From NCBI GenBank assembly GCA_029858305.1, contig JAOUFI010000041.1, positions 1-18,654 on the forward strand: a DNA stretch of 18,654 bases. Direction: 5' to 3'. This DNA is from Candidatus Thorarchaeota archaeon (GTDB taxonomy: Archaea; Asgardarchaeota; Thorarchaeia; Thorarchaeales; Thorarchaeaceae). Within the stretch, counting starts at the first letter, position 1. Each line of letters starts with the position of its first letter. A model generated the notes under the pieces. That model worked only from the letters and a program-made list of their open reading frames with translations. It was not told the DNA's origin and did no database searches. The position numbers and the translations under genes are program-made. Positions 1 to 8,384 of the stretch are shown in pieces.

Positions 1-1
1 A

Positions 2-466
2 GTCTTCATTGGTATAATCACTAAGAGCTTGAACTCGCTTGATATACCAGCTAGATTTGATCCTATGGGCTCTTGCATCAGAATTCATGGAAAGAAGATT
101 TCTGGTACTGCAGGATGGATTAAGCATGGGGTTTCCTTCATTCATGGTACGCTTCTTATAGATGCAGATCTGGATATGCTCCAGAAGAGTCTTCATCCAC
201 CCGAGGTACAACAGGTCTACCTAAGAGACAGTACTAGAATTCGGTGCATGGAAAGTAAGAAGGACACTGTGACAAATCTCAAGCAAGAGGTAGAAGACTG
301 TCCGACACAGAAGGATATTAAATCAGCAATTATCAGGAACCTCGAAGAACTTGTCGGAGTCAAAATAAAAGAGAGGCATTCGACTAGAGAGGAGAAGCAT
401 ACTGCACAGGCTTTATATGATTCACAGTATAGCAAGCCTTCATGGAACTTAGGAACGCCAGCCTAG
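2..466 (+). CDS. lplA: Lipoate-protein ligase A family protein (5'-truncated by the window edge)
   Basis: The frame is open from base 2, so the TTG at 29 is probably not the real start. It carries LplA motifs GKKISGTA and FIHGTLLID and a C-terminal Y-S-x-x-x-WN. Confidence 0.85.
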   Translation, partial: VFIGIITKSLNSLDIPARFDPMGSCIRIHGKKISGTAGWIKHGVSFIHGTLLIDADLDMLQKSLHPPEVQQVYLRDSTRIRCMESKKDTVTNLKQEVEDCPTQKDIKSAIIRNLEELVGVKIKERHSTREEKHTAQALYDSQYSKPSWNLGTPA

Positions 467-493
467 TTCTCATCATAGCCGAGGAATAGTAAA

Positions 494-838
494 ATGACAG
501 ACGATGTTGAAAAGACTCTGAAGAGCTTCATGAAGCATTTTGGTGCATTAAACAGAGACATTCCTGAAACGCGAAATGCCTTCACAGATCTACAGAAAAC
601 TGTGCATAAGGATGGAGCCCTTTCAGCGAAATTTAAGGAAATCATTTGCATCGTCGCATCGATCTTGTCACCCTGCGAGGAGTGTATGGTATATCACACC
701 AAGCAGGCGCTCACTCTTGGTGCAACACGTGAAGAAATTATGGAGGCATGTTCTGTTGCCATTGTTATGGGTGGCGGACCTGCGGCTTCTCACGTAGCTG
801 TAGTCCAAGACTGTCTTGATGCTTGGGCACCTAGATAG
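494..838 (+). CDS. Carboxymuconolactone decarboxylase / AhpD-like protein
   Basis: GALSAKFKEII, CEEC (CxxC), YHTKQA and GATREEIMEA...MGGGPA signature; GAGG upstream of the start. Confidence 0.9.
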   Translation: MTDDVEKTLKSFMKHFGALNRDIPETRNAFTDLQKTVHKDGALSAKFKEIICIVASILSPCEECMVYHTKQALTLGATREEIMEACSVAIVMGGGPAASHVAVVQDCLDAWAPR

Positions 839-843
839 TAATC

Positions 844-1887
844 TCATTCGAATTTTGTGAATAATACTTTGATGGCCTTCTGGTTCTCCATTAGCGAAAA
901 TCCTACTTCCCACTCTTCAAGAGAGATTCTATGTGTAATCAATGGAGCTACATCTACCTTCTTAGATGCCATCAAACGAAGTGTGGTGACCCATGAGGAT
1001 GGAAGTGTTCCCCATGTACCTGACATTGTTAGCTCCTTAATCGCCATTGCATCGAGATCAATATCAAGAGGCCGTCCACGAATTCCAAGTAGTGTGACAT
1101 GTCCAGCTACTTTAACAAAATCAAGTGCTTGGTTGCAGGCAATACAAGCTCCAGAAGCCTCGATAACCACATCAGCTCCACGGTTGTCAGTTTCCTTTTT
1201 GATAGTATTGATAGGATCCTTATCAACTTGAACATCAAGAGTCAGGTCAGCGCCTAGTTTCTTTGCTATGTCAAATCGCCATTGATCAGATGAAACACCG
1301 GTGATTATCACTTTTCCTGCACCCATGGCTTTCGCAACCTGGGCTGAGAGAAGACCCATTGTTCCAGGTCCCTGCACGACAACTACATCTCCTGGTACTA
1401 TCGGAGATTTATCAATTATAGCGTGGACAACACAGGCTGTTGGCTCCGCAAGTGCTGCTTCCTCCAAGGTCACACCTTGAGGAACCTTATGGATGATATA
1501 TTCAGGCACCGTGAGATATTTAGCAAAGGCTCCATTGGCTAAAGAAGTCCCAAGAATTCGTTTTTTCTCAGATGTGCATCGGTTCATATGGCCTGTCTTG
1601 CATTGATAGCATTTCCCGCAGTATGCTGTTGCTGGAGATACGACAGAATCGCCTATAGAAACCTCTGTGACATCCGGTCCGGTCTCTACAACTCGTCCCG
1701 CATACTCATGCCCGAGTACAACAGGAGGGGTATAGAATGTCTGGTCATGTTTTATGTGAATATCTGTACCACAGATACCTGCTGCAGCGACTTCGATCTT
1801 GACCTCATCTTTTTTTGGTTTAGGATCGTTGATTTCTTTAAGTTCTAGATGTCCAGGGCCTCTAGCAGTTTTCATCAGTGCTCTCAC
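844..1887 (-). CDS. Zn-dependent medium-chain alcohol dehydrogenase (threonine/sorbitol dehydrogenase-like)
   Basis: GICGTDIH, LGHEYAG, structural Zn site CGKCYQC..C, ALAEP and the GPGTMG Rossmann motif. The start was moved to the GTG at 1887 (MRALMK) because GAGGT lies about 8 nt upstream. Confidence 0.9.
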   Translation of the reverse strand: MRALMKTARGPGHLELKEINDPKPKKDEVKIEVAAAGICGTDIHIKHDQTFYTPPVVLGHEYAGRVVETGPDVTEVSIGDSVVSPATAYCGKCYQCKTGHMNRCTSEKKRILGTSLANGAFAKYLTVPEYIIHKVPQGVTLEEAALAEPTACVVHAIIDKSPIVPGDVVVVQGPGTMGLLSAQVAKAMGAGKVIITGVSSDQWRFDIAKKLGADLTLDVQVDKDPINTIKKETDNRGADVVIEASGACIACNQALDFVKVAGHVTLLGIRGRPLDIDLDAMAIKELTMSGTWGTLPSSWVTTLRLMASKKVDVAPLITHRISLEEWEVGFSLMENQKAIKVLFTKFE

Positions 1888-1951
1888 AGTGTGCAACCTC
1901 AGTTGAGCAGTATACAGTGGGTTATAGAATCTTATGGATATGTTCGATATA

Positions 1952-2233
1952 TCAGCATTCTTCGCGTTCTAGAGAGTTGAAGAACTGCGGAGGTTCATCT
2001 CCCTGATCGAGTGAACGAACTCGAAATCCAGTACCTTGTTCATCTCGAAGCCTACTTGCGGTCTGAGCTCCTACAAAGCGTTTCCGTACGTTTGCCTCTT
2101 TCCCAAGCCAAAGATACACGTTCTTATTCTCACCATCGACTACACATATCACACGTTCAGAAGTTAGACCATTTCGTGTGATGCACACTGACTCTGATGT
2201 TCCATCCTCATTCATCTCTAGTGCGTTAGCCAT
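1952..2233 (-). CDS. Single-domain gelsolin-like protein (Asgard ProGel-type actin regulator)
   Basis: 93 aa. VICVVD...VYLWLGKEAN..KR..GAQTA and DQGDEPPQFF match the gelsolin repeat consensus (IYxWxGxxA...QGxEPxxF). GAGGA ribosome-binding site. Confidence 0.85.
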   Translation of the reverse strand: MANALEMNEDGTSESVCITRNGLTSERVICVVDGENKNVYLWLGKEANVRKRFVGAQTASRLRDEQGTGFRVRSLDQGDEPPQFFNSLEREEC

Positions 2234-2414
2234 GTGGTGTTCCTCAGGATATATAGTCGAGTAGATGGCATTGCAGGGGTAGTGGCTTGTATAAAGTTAC
2301 AGATTGTATCTAGTGAAATACTTTGCCTATGAAACCGTATATACTCTATTAGGATATCTTAAGAAAAACTACTTACCTAAAAGTATGGGTATTATGATGC
2401 GAATTTGTGCATCC

Positions 2415-2774
2415 CTACACACGTTCAAAGGTGGCTCTAAGGGTGCCACCACAATACGTGCATTTCGCCTCCAATGGGCCAACCCAATCGATTCCTTCCT
2501 GAGATATGGATGCACCACACGACGGACACCTCTCTGGAAGACGCACGGTGGTCATTTGGGATCCATCTGATCTTGTCTGCCCGCGATACCGTTCAGGAAT
2601 GACAAAAGTGGGTGCTTCCATGGAGAATCCACGCGCTACGTTTCCAGCCACACGCGCCCCGCTGCGACAGACTGTAATAGCAATTGTAATGGCAATCACA
2701 ACAAATATGATAGGAACGATGATGAACATCATTCCAAAGATGTTGAAAATGGAAAAGGGATCCCACATTTGCAC
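2415..2774 (-). CDS. Hypothetical single-pass membrane protein with C-terminal zinc ribbon
   Basis: Long hydrophobic N-terminal segment; C-terminal CPSCG...CTYCGG; GAGG upstream of the GTG. Confidence 0.75.
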   Translation of the reverse strand: MQMWDPFSIFNIFGMMFIIVPIIFVVIAITIAITVCRSGARVAGNVARGFSMEAPTFVIPERYRGQTRSDGSQMTTVRLPERCPSCGASISQEGIDWVGPLEAKCTYCGGTLRATFERV

Positions 2775-2847
2775 TTAATATTCGCCTCATATTGTAGTGT
2801 TTTGTATCCAGCCAGAAAGTGACACCTTATATCTTTTGCATCTACAA

Positions 2848-3822
2848 CTATCTAGCCTCTTCCATGCCTGCTCGAAGTGATGCCGCAGTTCTGAAGAATA
2901 CTAGACTTATGGCAAGCATACCAAGTCCGAAGGCTATGCCAAAGACTGTTGGATAGATATAATCAGACATACTCCAACCCAGATAGACAAGGAGAAGACC
3001 TATGCCGCCGCCTACGACGAGGTGCAACAGACCACTAAACATAGTCATTGCTCTGAAAGCCAATTTTCTTGGAAATGTAAGGTGTACTATTCGACCAGAA
3101 GCGCCATCGACAAGAGCATTGTATGTTCTCACATTGTAGGTGTATTTGATATGCCATATTGGTATGCTGATGAGAAACACTGCGGGAGTTTGCAAATCGC
3201 TTTTCATCTCTTGGATAGTATCAACTTCTTTCAACGCTTCCTCGTAGAGGGCTTTTTTCATAATCGCAGATGCTTTCTTAATTGCTTCTCCCTGTTCCAT
3301 TTGAACAGGCATTGTTGTTCCGTATACATCAATGATCTTGTCCATGTTGAAGAATTCTTTTCGCCTTGTTGGAATCACATACTCCAGTAGAGCTTTGGGA
3401 GTATCAGGATTTGCAGGGATGAAAATGTCTCTCTCAAAATCCAGATGACCAGTTTCATTGATTTTGTTATAATGCAACGACCGGCGAGTGTCTTCGCCCT
3501 TGAAATCTGGTTTCTTCTGAATCCCCTGATAGTCAGCTCGAGCCTCCACTTCAACAACCCAAAATGGCCAGAAAATTATCTTACTCTCTTTAATCTCAGC
3601 ATTCTCTAATCCTTTGGGAGCACCAAGCTGTTTCATCGCCCAACTCAACATCTTTTCCCGTGCTTCGTCCAATCCGAATTGCAACTGCATCATGTAGTTT
3701 TCTTTTAGAATGGTACCAGTTCGGGTCTGAATCGTGGTGTTGCAATAGGAACATACAACGGTACTGCTTTGTGGTGGGATTTCAACCATCCCATCACAGT
3801 TGGGACATTTTATTCCACTCAA
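2848..3822 (-). CDS. Zinc-ribbon membrane protein (paralogue of 3819..4880)
   Basis: N-terminal CPNC...CSYC; FWPFW; IPIWHIKYTY..ALVDGASG; two C-terminal TM helices; 4-nt overlap with the upstream gene. Confidence 0.8.
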   Translation of the reverse strand: MSGIKCPNCDGMVEIPPQSSTVVCSYCNTTIQTRTGTILKENYMMQLQFGLDEAREKMLSWAMKQLGAPKGLENAEIKESKIIFWPFWVVEVEARADYQGIQKKPDFKGEDTRRSLHYNKINETGHLDFERDIFIPANPDTPKALLEYVIPTRRKEFFNMDKIIDVYGTTMPVQMEQGEAIKKASAIMKKALYEEALKEVDTIQEMKSDLQTPAVFLISIPIWHIKYTYNVRTYNALVDGASGRIVHLTFPRKLAFRAMTMFSGLLHLVVGGGIGLLLVYLGWSMSDYIYPTVFGIAFGLGMLAISLVFFRTAASLRAGMEEAR

Positions 3823-4880
3823 CGAATTTTACCTCCTAGGCGTCTGATTGTTCCATCCAAGGAGAACTCATTCCTACGCTCCTCACCATTCTTGTCGACT
3901 TGGACTTCATACTTGAGGGCACCACCAACAGTTATGATTGAACCGACCCAAAGAACGCAGGATAATATTACAGCAACAATTGGAATCATCCATAGGTCGC
4001 CAGCGTCGGAATCAGCATGAAGGAAGAATATGAGAATATAGGGAAGAATCTGAAAGAGCGCACTCGCTGATATTAGCAAGAAGAAACTAACAAGCCATTT
4101 CTTTAGCCTGTACCTTTTTGTGACAGGGAGTTCACCAAGGAGTACTTCACCTGTTGCACCAGATACGGCAATCCTGAAAGTTCCTTTTTGGTATGAATAA
4201 CGCACAAGCCAGTAAGGAGCATGTGTGTACACACTTGACTCTGGAGTGATTTCTAGATGATGATCAAGCAGCTTGTCCATCTTCTTTAGTAGTTCAGCAC
4301 GCTCGCGATCCTTCTTATTTCTCTGTCCACGTTTAATGGCATCCTCATCACTGATTTCAGAGTTGAGTACTGGAGCGGTATCTGTCATTTCAATTGTGAA
4401 GTCCTGAGTTTGCGAATCTTCAAAGGAAGAGAGAAGCTCTTCTATGCCAAAAGTAGCGGCGTGTCTCCGAGCTATGACCCACTCTATCATATGCCCAGAA
4501 TCGTGTTTCTCAAATCGGCGATATTTTCTAGAGTCGCCAGAACCTTCTGTCTTGTAACCGAAGTGATATGATTTGAATTTACCTTCCACGCGAAAAATAG
4601 GAATCCATTGTAGTCGCGGTTCTTCCAGCTCAATATTTCTAACTACACTACTACCTACCGTTTTCTTTGTTGCAAATTCCAACCAGTTCATCACCGTAGT
4701 CTTGATGGTATTCTTATCCAGTCTATTTGGAAGAATAAAGTGACGAATCTCTTTTCCCCCAATTGTAAATGTGTATCCACAGTAGGGACAAGTAGCAATA
4801 ACATCATCTGCACCAAGAGGATAAGGTGCATTACACTTCTCACAGCGGTACTGAGTAATTGTGGCTGGCTTATTCGTCAT
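3819..4880 (-). CDS. Zinc-ribbon membrane protein (paralogue of 2848..3822)
   Basis: N-terminal CEKC...CPYC; WIPIF; APYWLVRYSY..IAVSGATG..GELP; two C-terminal TM helices. Confidence 0.8.
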   Translation of the reverse strand: MTNKPATITQYRCEKCNAPYPLGADDVIATCPYCGYTFTIGGKEIRHFILPNRLDKNTIKTTVMNWLEFATKKTVGSSVVRNIELEEPRLQWIPIFRVEGKFKSYHFGYKTEGSGDSRKYRRFEKHDSGHMIEWVIARRHAATFGIEELLSSFEDSQTQDFTIEMTDTAPVLNSEISDEDAIKRGQRNKKDRERAELLKKMDKLLDHHLEITPESSVYTHAPYWLVRYSYQKGTFRIAVSGATGEVLLGELPVTKRYRLKKWLVSFFLLISASALFQILPYILIFFLHADSDAGDLWMIPIVAVILSCVLWVGSIITVGGALKYEVQVDKNGEERRNEFSLDGTIRRLGGKIR

Positions 4881-4987
4881 CAGGACTATCTCGCTATAAT
4901 TTCCTTAACAATGGTAAGTAGAAGTGCAAAAGGCGCGAAATATGCAAACTCACTACGACCACATAGCTCAATATCCACCTTCGGAAC

Positions 4988-5029
4988 TTATAAAAGATTC
5001 ACAGATTAGACAACAAAGTCAGTTGGAGG
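4988..5029 (+). promoter_or_regulatory. Putative TATA box (TTATAAAA, 4988-4995) and ribosome-binding site (GGAGG, 5025-5029) for the gene starting at 5038
   Basis: Archaeal TATA consensus about 45 nt upstream of the ATG; GGAGG 8 nt upstream. Confidence 0.55.
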
Positions 5030-5037
5030 CCCAAAAA

Positions 5038-5397
5038 ATGCAGATACCTACATTTCTCTTAAGAAAACTCTACATCAAGGGAAGTCTCGAAAATGTCGAC
5101 GATGGTTTCTCGTTCAAATTAAAGAACTCGATATCATCAGGTACAGCTATTAGTATTGAACCCATCAAAGTGAATGGGAATGAATACCCACTTGATGCCA
5201 CTATTATCAGCTCTGCTGATGGTCAAATCATTGGCAGCGAGATTTCTGAGGGAAATTCTTTCCCCATTAAAGTTGGTCTTGATATCTCGATCCATGTTAA
5301 GGGGGATGCTCTTCCAGAAGGAGAACATACCATAGACATTTCGCTGACCACAAAGGAAGTTGGAAAACTCGCCTTTGATGTTACTGATTCAATTTAG
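5038..5397 (+). CDS. Small beta-rich hypothetical protein, resembling the accessory N-terminal domain of some HMG-CoA reductases
   Basis: ATG at 5038 with GGAGG is preferred over the GTG at 4924. IPTFLLRKLYIKGSLEN..GFSFKLKN pattern; the family link is from memory only. Confidence 0.7.
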   Translation: MQIPTFLLRKLYIKGSLENVDDGFSFKLKNSISSGTAISIEPIKVNGNEYPLDATIISSADGQIIGSEISEGNSFPIKVGLDISIHVKGDALPEGEHTIDISLTTKEVGKLAFDVTDSI

Positions 5398-5407
5398 AAA
5401 ATAGGAA

Positions 5408-5432
5408 TGCAGAGGACAGAAAGTCTTCTGCA
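5408..5432. terminator. Hairpin between convergent genes, possibly a bidirectional terminator
   Basis: TGCAGAGGAC-AGAAA-GTCTTCTGCA forms a 10-bp stem with one G-U pair on the + strand, 10 nt after the stop at 5397. Confidence 0.5.
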
Positions 5433-5451
5433 GTCTATATAATTGAACGCT

Positions 5452-5628
5452 CTATATAATAGATAGTAATAGAAAGACTAGAATGAGTAAGGGAGGAACA
5501 AAGCACATCAGAGATATCAGAACATTGCCTATCTTTTGACCTCTTTTTTCTGTAAACGGACAGACATGGATTTGGGTTTCACTCTTATGAAGTCTTATCT
5601 CCTTTTCTTCAGAGTTTTCACAAGACAT
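5452..5628 (-). CDS. 58-aa small protein with C-terminal transmembrane helix (absent from the ORF track)
   Basis: Translated by hand as MSCENSEEKEIRLHKSETQIHVCPFTEKRGQKIGNVLISLMCFVPPLLILVFLLLSII*. It fills an otherwise empty 340-nt gap. Confidence 0.6.
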   Translation of the reverse strand: MSCENSEEKEIRLHKSETQIHVCPFTEKRGQKIGNVLISLMCFVPPLLILVFLLLSII

Positions 5629-5735
5629 CTCTATTCTATTTACTCCTTGACCTCTATCTTTTGATTCTTTTGTTATTCATAACGGTAAGGGCAATAGTTT
5701 TCTGCATATGCAGTGTCTTTGTATCGGTGGAAAGT

Positions 5736-6647
5736 ATGTACGTCAAGATACGCCATGATGGTTCTCTCGGTATCGGGCGTGGTACAGAGGGAGATGCAGA
5801 GATCACTATGGGCTTTGGCGAGGCCCATATGGTTGCCGCTGCACTTGAAAAACTCGCCCAAACAGCTAGAAATCATAAACAGACCTATCTCAAGACCACA
5901 AATGTAGGAGGTGGAAATAAGATAGATTTCATGCGTGCTGATGATGGAACAATCACAATCTCAGGAGATAGACAAACATACATCTGCACAGAACCAGAAA
6001 TTCGTGAACTAGCAGAGAAACTTAGACATTTGCCACCAGTCGAGGTAGCACCGCCCTCAGATTATGTCAAGAAGATTACTCCATCAAATGGATTATGTCT
6101 AGTGCTCACAAATGGAGGCAACTCAATTAGATTACGATTGCCTGAAGCTGCCCTCCTGAAGACTGCAATTCGTAGCAGTATTGATTCAAGATATTATGAT
6201 GAAACCATAATGATAGGTCAAAGAAGAATTGTCGTTAGTAGAACAAGCGATTTGAAATGGCAACTCCGAGGTGGAGAAAATACCGTAAACTTCACAGCCT
6301 TTGAAATCGAAGCTTTAGTAGCAGGTCTTCATAATGGAATATTGGACGTTCTAATGGATCTAGTCAAGAGCTTTGGAGCTGATGACATTTCGGATATCAG
6401 AGTCAAGAGTGTCCTTCAAAGAATCGAGCAGGAGACTGCAAAAGTCTTCGGAGAAGACAAGAACTGGAAAGGAGTAGTCAAAGACCTCACGAAGAGAACA
6501 AAATCAGTAATAGGTATTGGCGAATTTGCTGATGAACGTGCAGGACGCTTCATCGACATGTGTAAGTATGTATATAGTAAACTTGATACGATCTTCATTG
6601 AACCTCTCTTCGAATTGTTTTCAAACACTTTTGTTGCAGAGACTTAG
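5736..6647 (+). CDS. Hypothetical protein with four beta-beta-alpha internal repeats and a helical C-terminal domain
   Basis: ATG at 5736 preceded by GGTGG is preferred over the TTG at 5661. Long uninterrupted ORF with a recurring strand-E-helix unit. Confidence 0.8.
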   Translation: MYVKIRHDGSLGIGRGTEGDAEITMGFGEAHMVAAALEKLAQTARNHKQTYLKTTNVGGGNKIDFMRADDGTITISGDRQTYICTEPEIRELAEKLRHLPPVEVAPPSDYVKKITPSNGLCLVLTNGGNSIRLRLPEAALLKTAIRSSIDSRYYDETIMIGQRRIVVSRTSDLKWQLRGGENTVNFTAFEIEALVAGLHNGILDVLMDLVKSFGADDISDIRVKSVLQRIEQETAKVFGEDKNWKGVVKDLTKRTKSVIGIGEFADERAGRFIDMCKYVYSKLDTIFIEPLFELFSNTFVAET

Positions 6648-6810
6648 TTCGCAGACTCAACAATTTATGTGAGATAACATAATGTTGCGAAGAAGAAGAG
6701 CAATGTAAAATATGAAACTCTGTCCATATCTATTATAGCTATTGTCAATCCCACAAGTCTTATGACAGGAACAGAATACGGCCATACCCTAGGATATTGA
6801 GGTTCAGTAA

Positions 6811-7674
6811 ATGTTGCGTATCGGGTATATTAAGCAACTTCAGAAGAGATGGGGTCGAAGAGCACCAAAACAGATGCTTCGCATGATGCGACTACATCGA
6901 ACACCCTTTCAGACAATTCTTCAAAATATATTCGGAGCATTAGAAGATGGCGATGGACGATTTGCTTTTCCAACCATAGCTGCAATTGCTAGGATGCGAC
7001 CCGATCTTGTTCGTGAAATAGTGAACGAAGGACATGAAGTAGCAAGTCATGGATATAATCACGTAAGATATCCGACCCTCAGTGCGAATGATAGAGAAAG
7101 AGATTTTGCCCTCAGCCTTCAAACCTACAGGAAACTGGGTATCGAGATCAAGGGTTTCCGAGCTCCTTATGATAATTATACAGATGATATGCCAGCATTA
7201 CTTGAGAAGTACAAAATAGTTTGGGACGGTGGATTTGGTTACCGTACAGAATATAGAGAAAAGACTCATTTCTTCAACTTCAATCTCAATGATCGACCTT
7301 CGAGTGTCACATACATCCCGCTAAATATTTGGAGTGATGACTTGATGATTGATGTTCATGGAATGAGCCCTGAAGTGATATCAAAAACATTGAAGGAATC
7401 TATTACTCAAGCTTCTAGGACAGAGGGAGTCATTATGTTTGATCTTCATCCAATCAGAATGGGGCAACCGGAGTTTGTAGGATGCCTTCGAGATATTTGT
7501 GTTCATGCGAATAGCCTCGGTGCCTGGTGTACTACTCCAAGTGAAGCGGTCAATTATTGGAAAGCACATAAGAAATGGAAGGGAGACAGCTCTTTCTGTC
7601 TACTTCTAACTGGAGATATCGATAATTGGGTGTTCTCAGATTATCTCAGAAGAGTGATATGGAAAAGAAAATAG
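6811..7674 (+). CDS. Polysaccharide deacetylase (CE4/NodB-like)
   Basis: HEVASHGYNH metal-binding motif, GFRAPY and DLHP; motif-1-like LLTGDID at the C-terminus. Confidence 0.85.
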   Translation: MLRIGYIKQLQKRWGRRAPKQMLRMMRLHRTPFQTILQNIFGALEDGDGRFAFPTIAAIARMRPDLVREIVNEGHEVASHGYNHVRYPTLSANDRERDFALSLQTYRKLGIEIKGFRAPYDNYTDDMPALLEKYKIVWDGGFGYRTEYREKTHFFNFNLNDRPSSVTYIPLNIWSDDLMIDVHGMSPEVISKTLKESITQASRTEGVIMFDLHPIRMGQPEFVGCLRDICVHANSLGAWCTTPSEAVNYWKAHKKWKGDSSFCLLLTGDIDNWVFSDYLRRVIWKRK

Positions 7675-7695
7675 TAAAAAATGGAGAGATAAGAA

Positions 7696-8142
7696 GTGGG
7701 TAAGTTTCTCGGGAGAATTCTTCGAATTCTGGCATGGATTGCACCTACCTATCAATTCAGAGCGAGTGTTTACAAAAAATGTGGCGTAAAAATTGGTAAG
7801 GGCATATACATGGGTTTCTTAGTCATAATTGACGGTGAATATCCTGAGTACATAGAGATTCAGGATTGGGCGAGTATAGGACCTGGAGTAAAAATTATGG
7901 CACATTCAGGTGGTAGTCCGTATCATCAGCATCATAAAATCTTCCATGAAGGACCCAAGAAGGTAGTAATTGGTAAAGGAGCATGGATTGCCACAGGTGC
8001 TATAGTTCTGCCAGGTGTAACAATTGGTGAGGGAGCTATAATAGCAGCAGGATCAGTGGTAAGTAAGGATATTCCACCATTTACTCTGTTTGCTGGAAAT
8101 CCAGCACGGATGATTCAAAAATTGGAACCCCAGAAAGACTAA
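7696..8142 (+). CDS. Left-handed beta-helix (hexapeptide repeat) O-acyltransferase
   Basis: VVIGKGAWIATGAIVLPGVTIGEGAIIAAGSVVSKDIPP...GNPAR, with the His in MAHS. Confidence 0.9.
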   Translation: MGKFLGRILRILAWIAPTYQFRASVYKKCGVKIGKGIYMGFLVIIDGEYPEYIEIQDWASIGPGVKIMAHSGGSPYHQHHKIFHEGPKKVVIGKGAWIATGAIVLPGVTIGEGAIIAAGSVVSKDIPPFTLFAGNPARMIQKLEPQKD

Positions 8143-8384
8143 GGAGAAAGTTTCTTCCTGAGAAGGGCTTTGAGATCACCTACAGACCAAATATCAACTA
8201 CCTCTTCATCTTCAAAGAATATTTCAAACTCATTTTCAAGCTCACTTACAATAATAAAATGGGCCATTGAATCCCAAGGTTCGAAATCTTTACGTTTTAG
8301 TTCATCACTAATTTCGTGTTTTTCCAAAAGAAGAACTTTTGATAAGATGTCAAGCAAGCGATCTTCGATTTCAGTCAATCTCAT
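8139..8384 (-). CDS. Acyl carrier protein (FkbH-associated type)
   Basis: 81 aa and acidic; WDSMAH carries the phosphopantetheine serine; ELENEFEI...SVGDL; ATGA overlap with fkbH. Confidence 0.9.
   Translation of the reverse strand: MRLTEIEDRLLDILSKVLLLEKHEISDELKRKDFEPWDSMAHFIIVSELENEFEIFFEDEEVVDIWSVGDLKALLRKKLSP

Noticed and set aside
2304-2790. ORFs 2304..2570 (+), 2506..2778 (+) and 2593..2790 (-)
   Set aside because: Shadows of the TM/zinc-ribbon gene 2415..2774, which has the ribosome-binding site and coherent motifs.
5434-5670. Short direct repeats (TCTATATAAT twice; CTATCTTTTGA twice)
   Set aside because: Only two short copies each with irregular spacing in AT-rich sequence; not a CRISPR array or iteron set.
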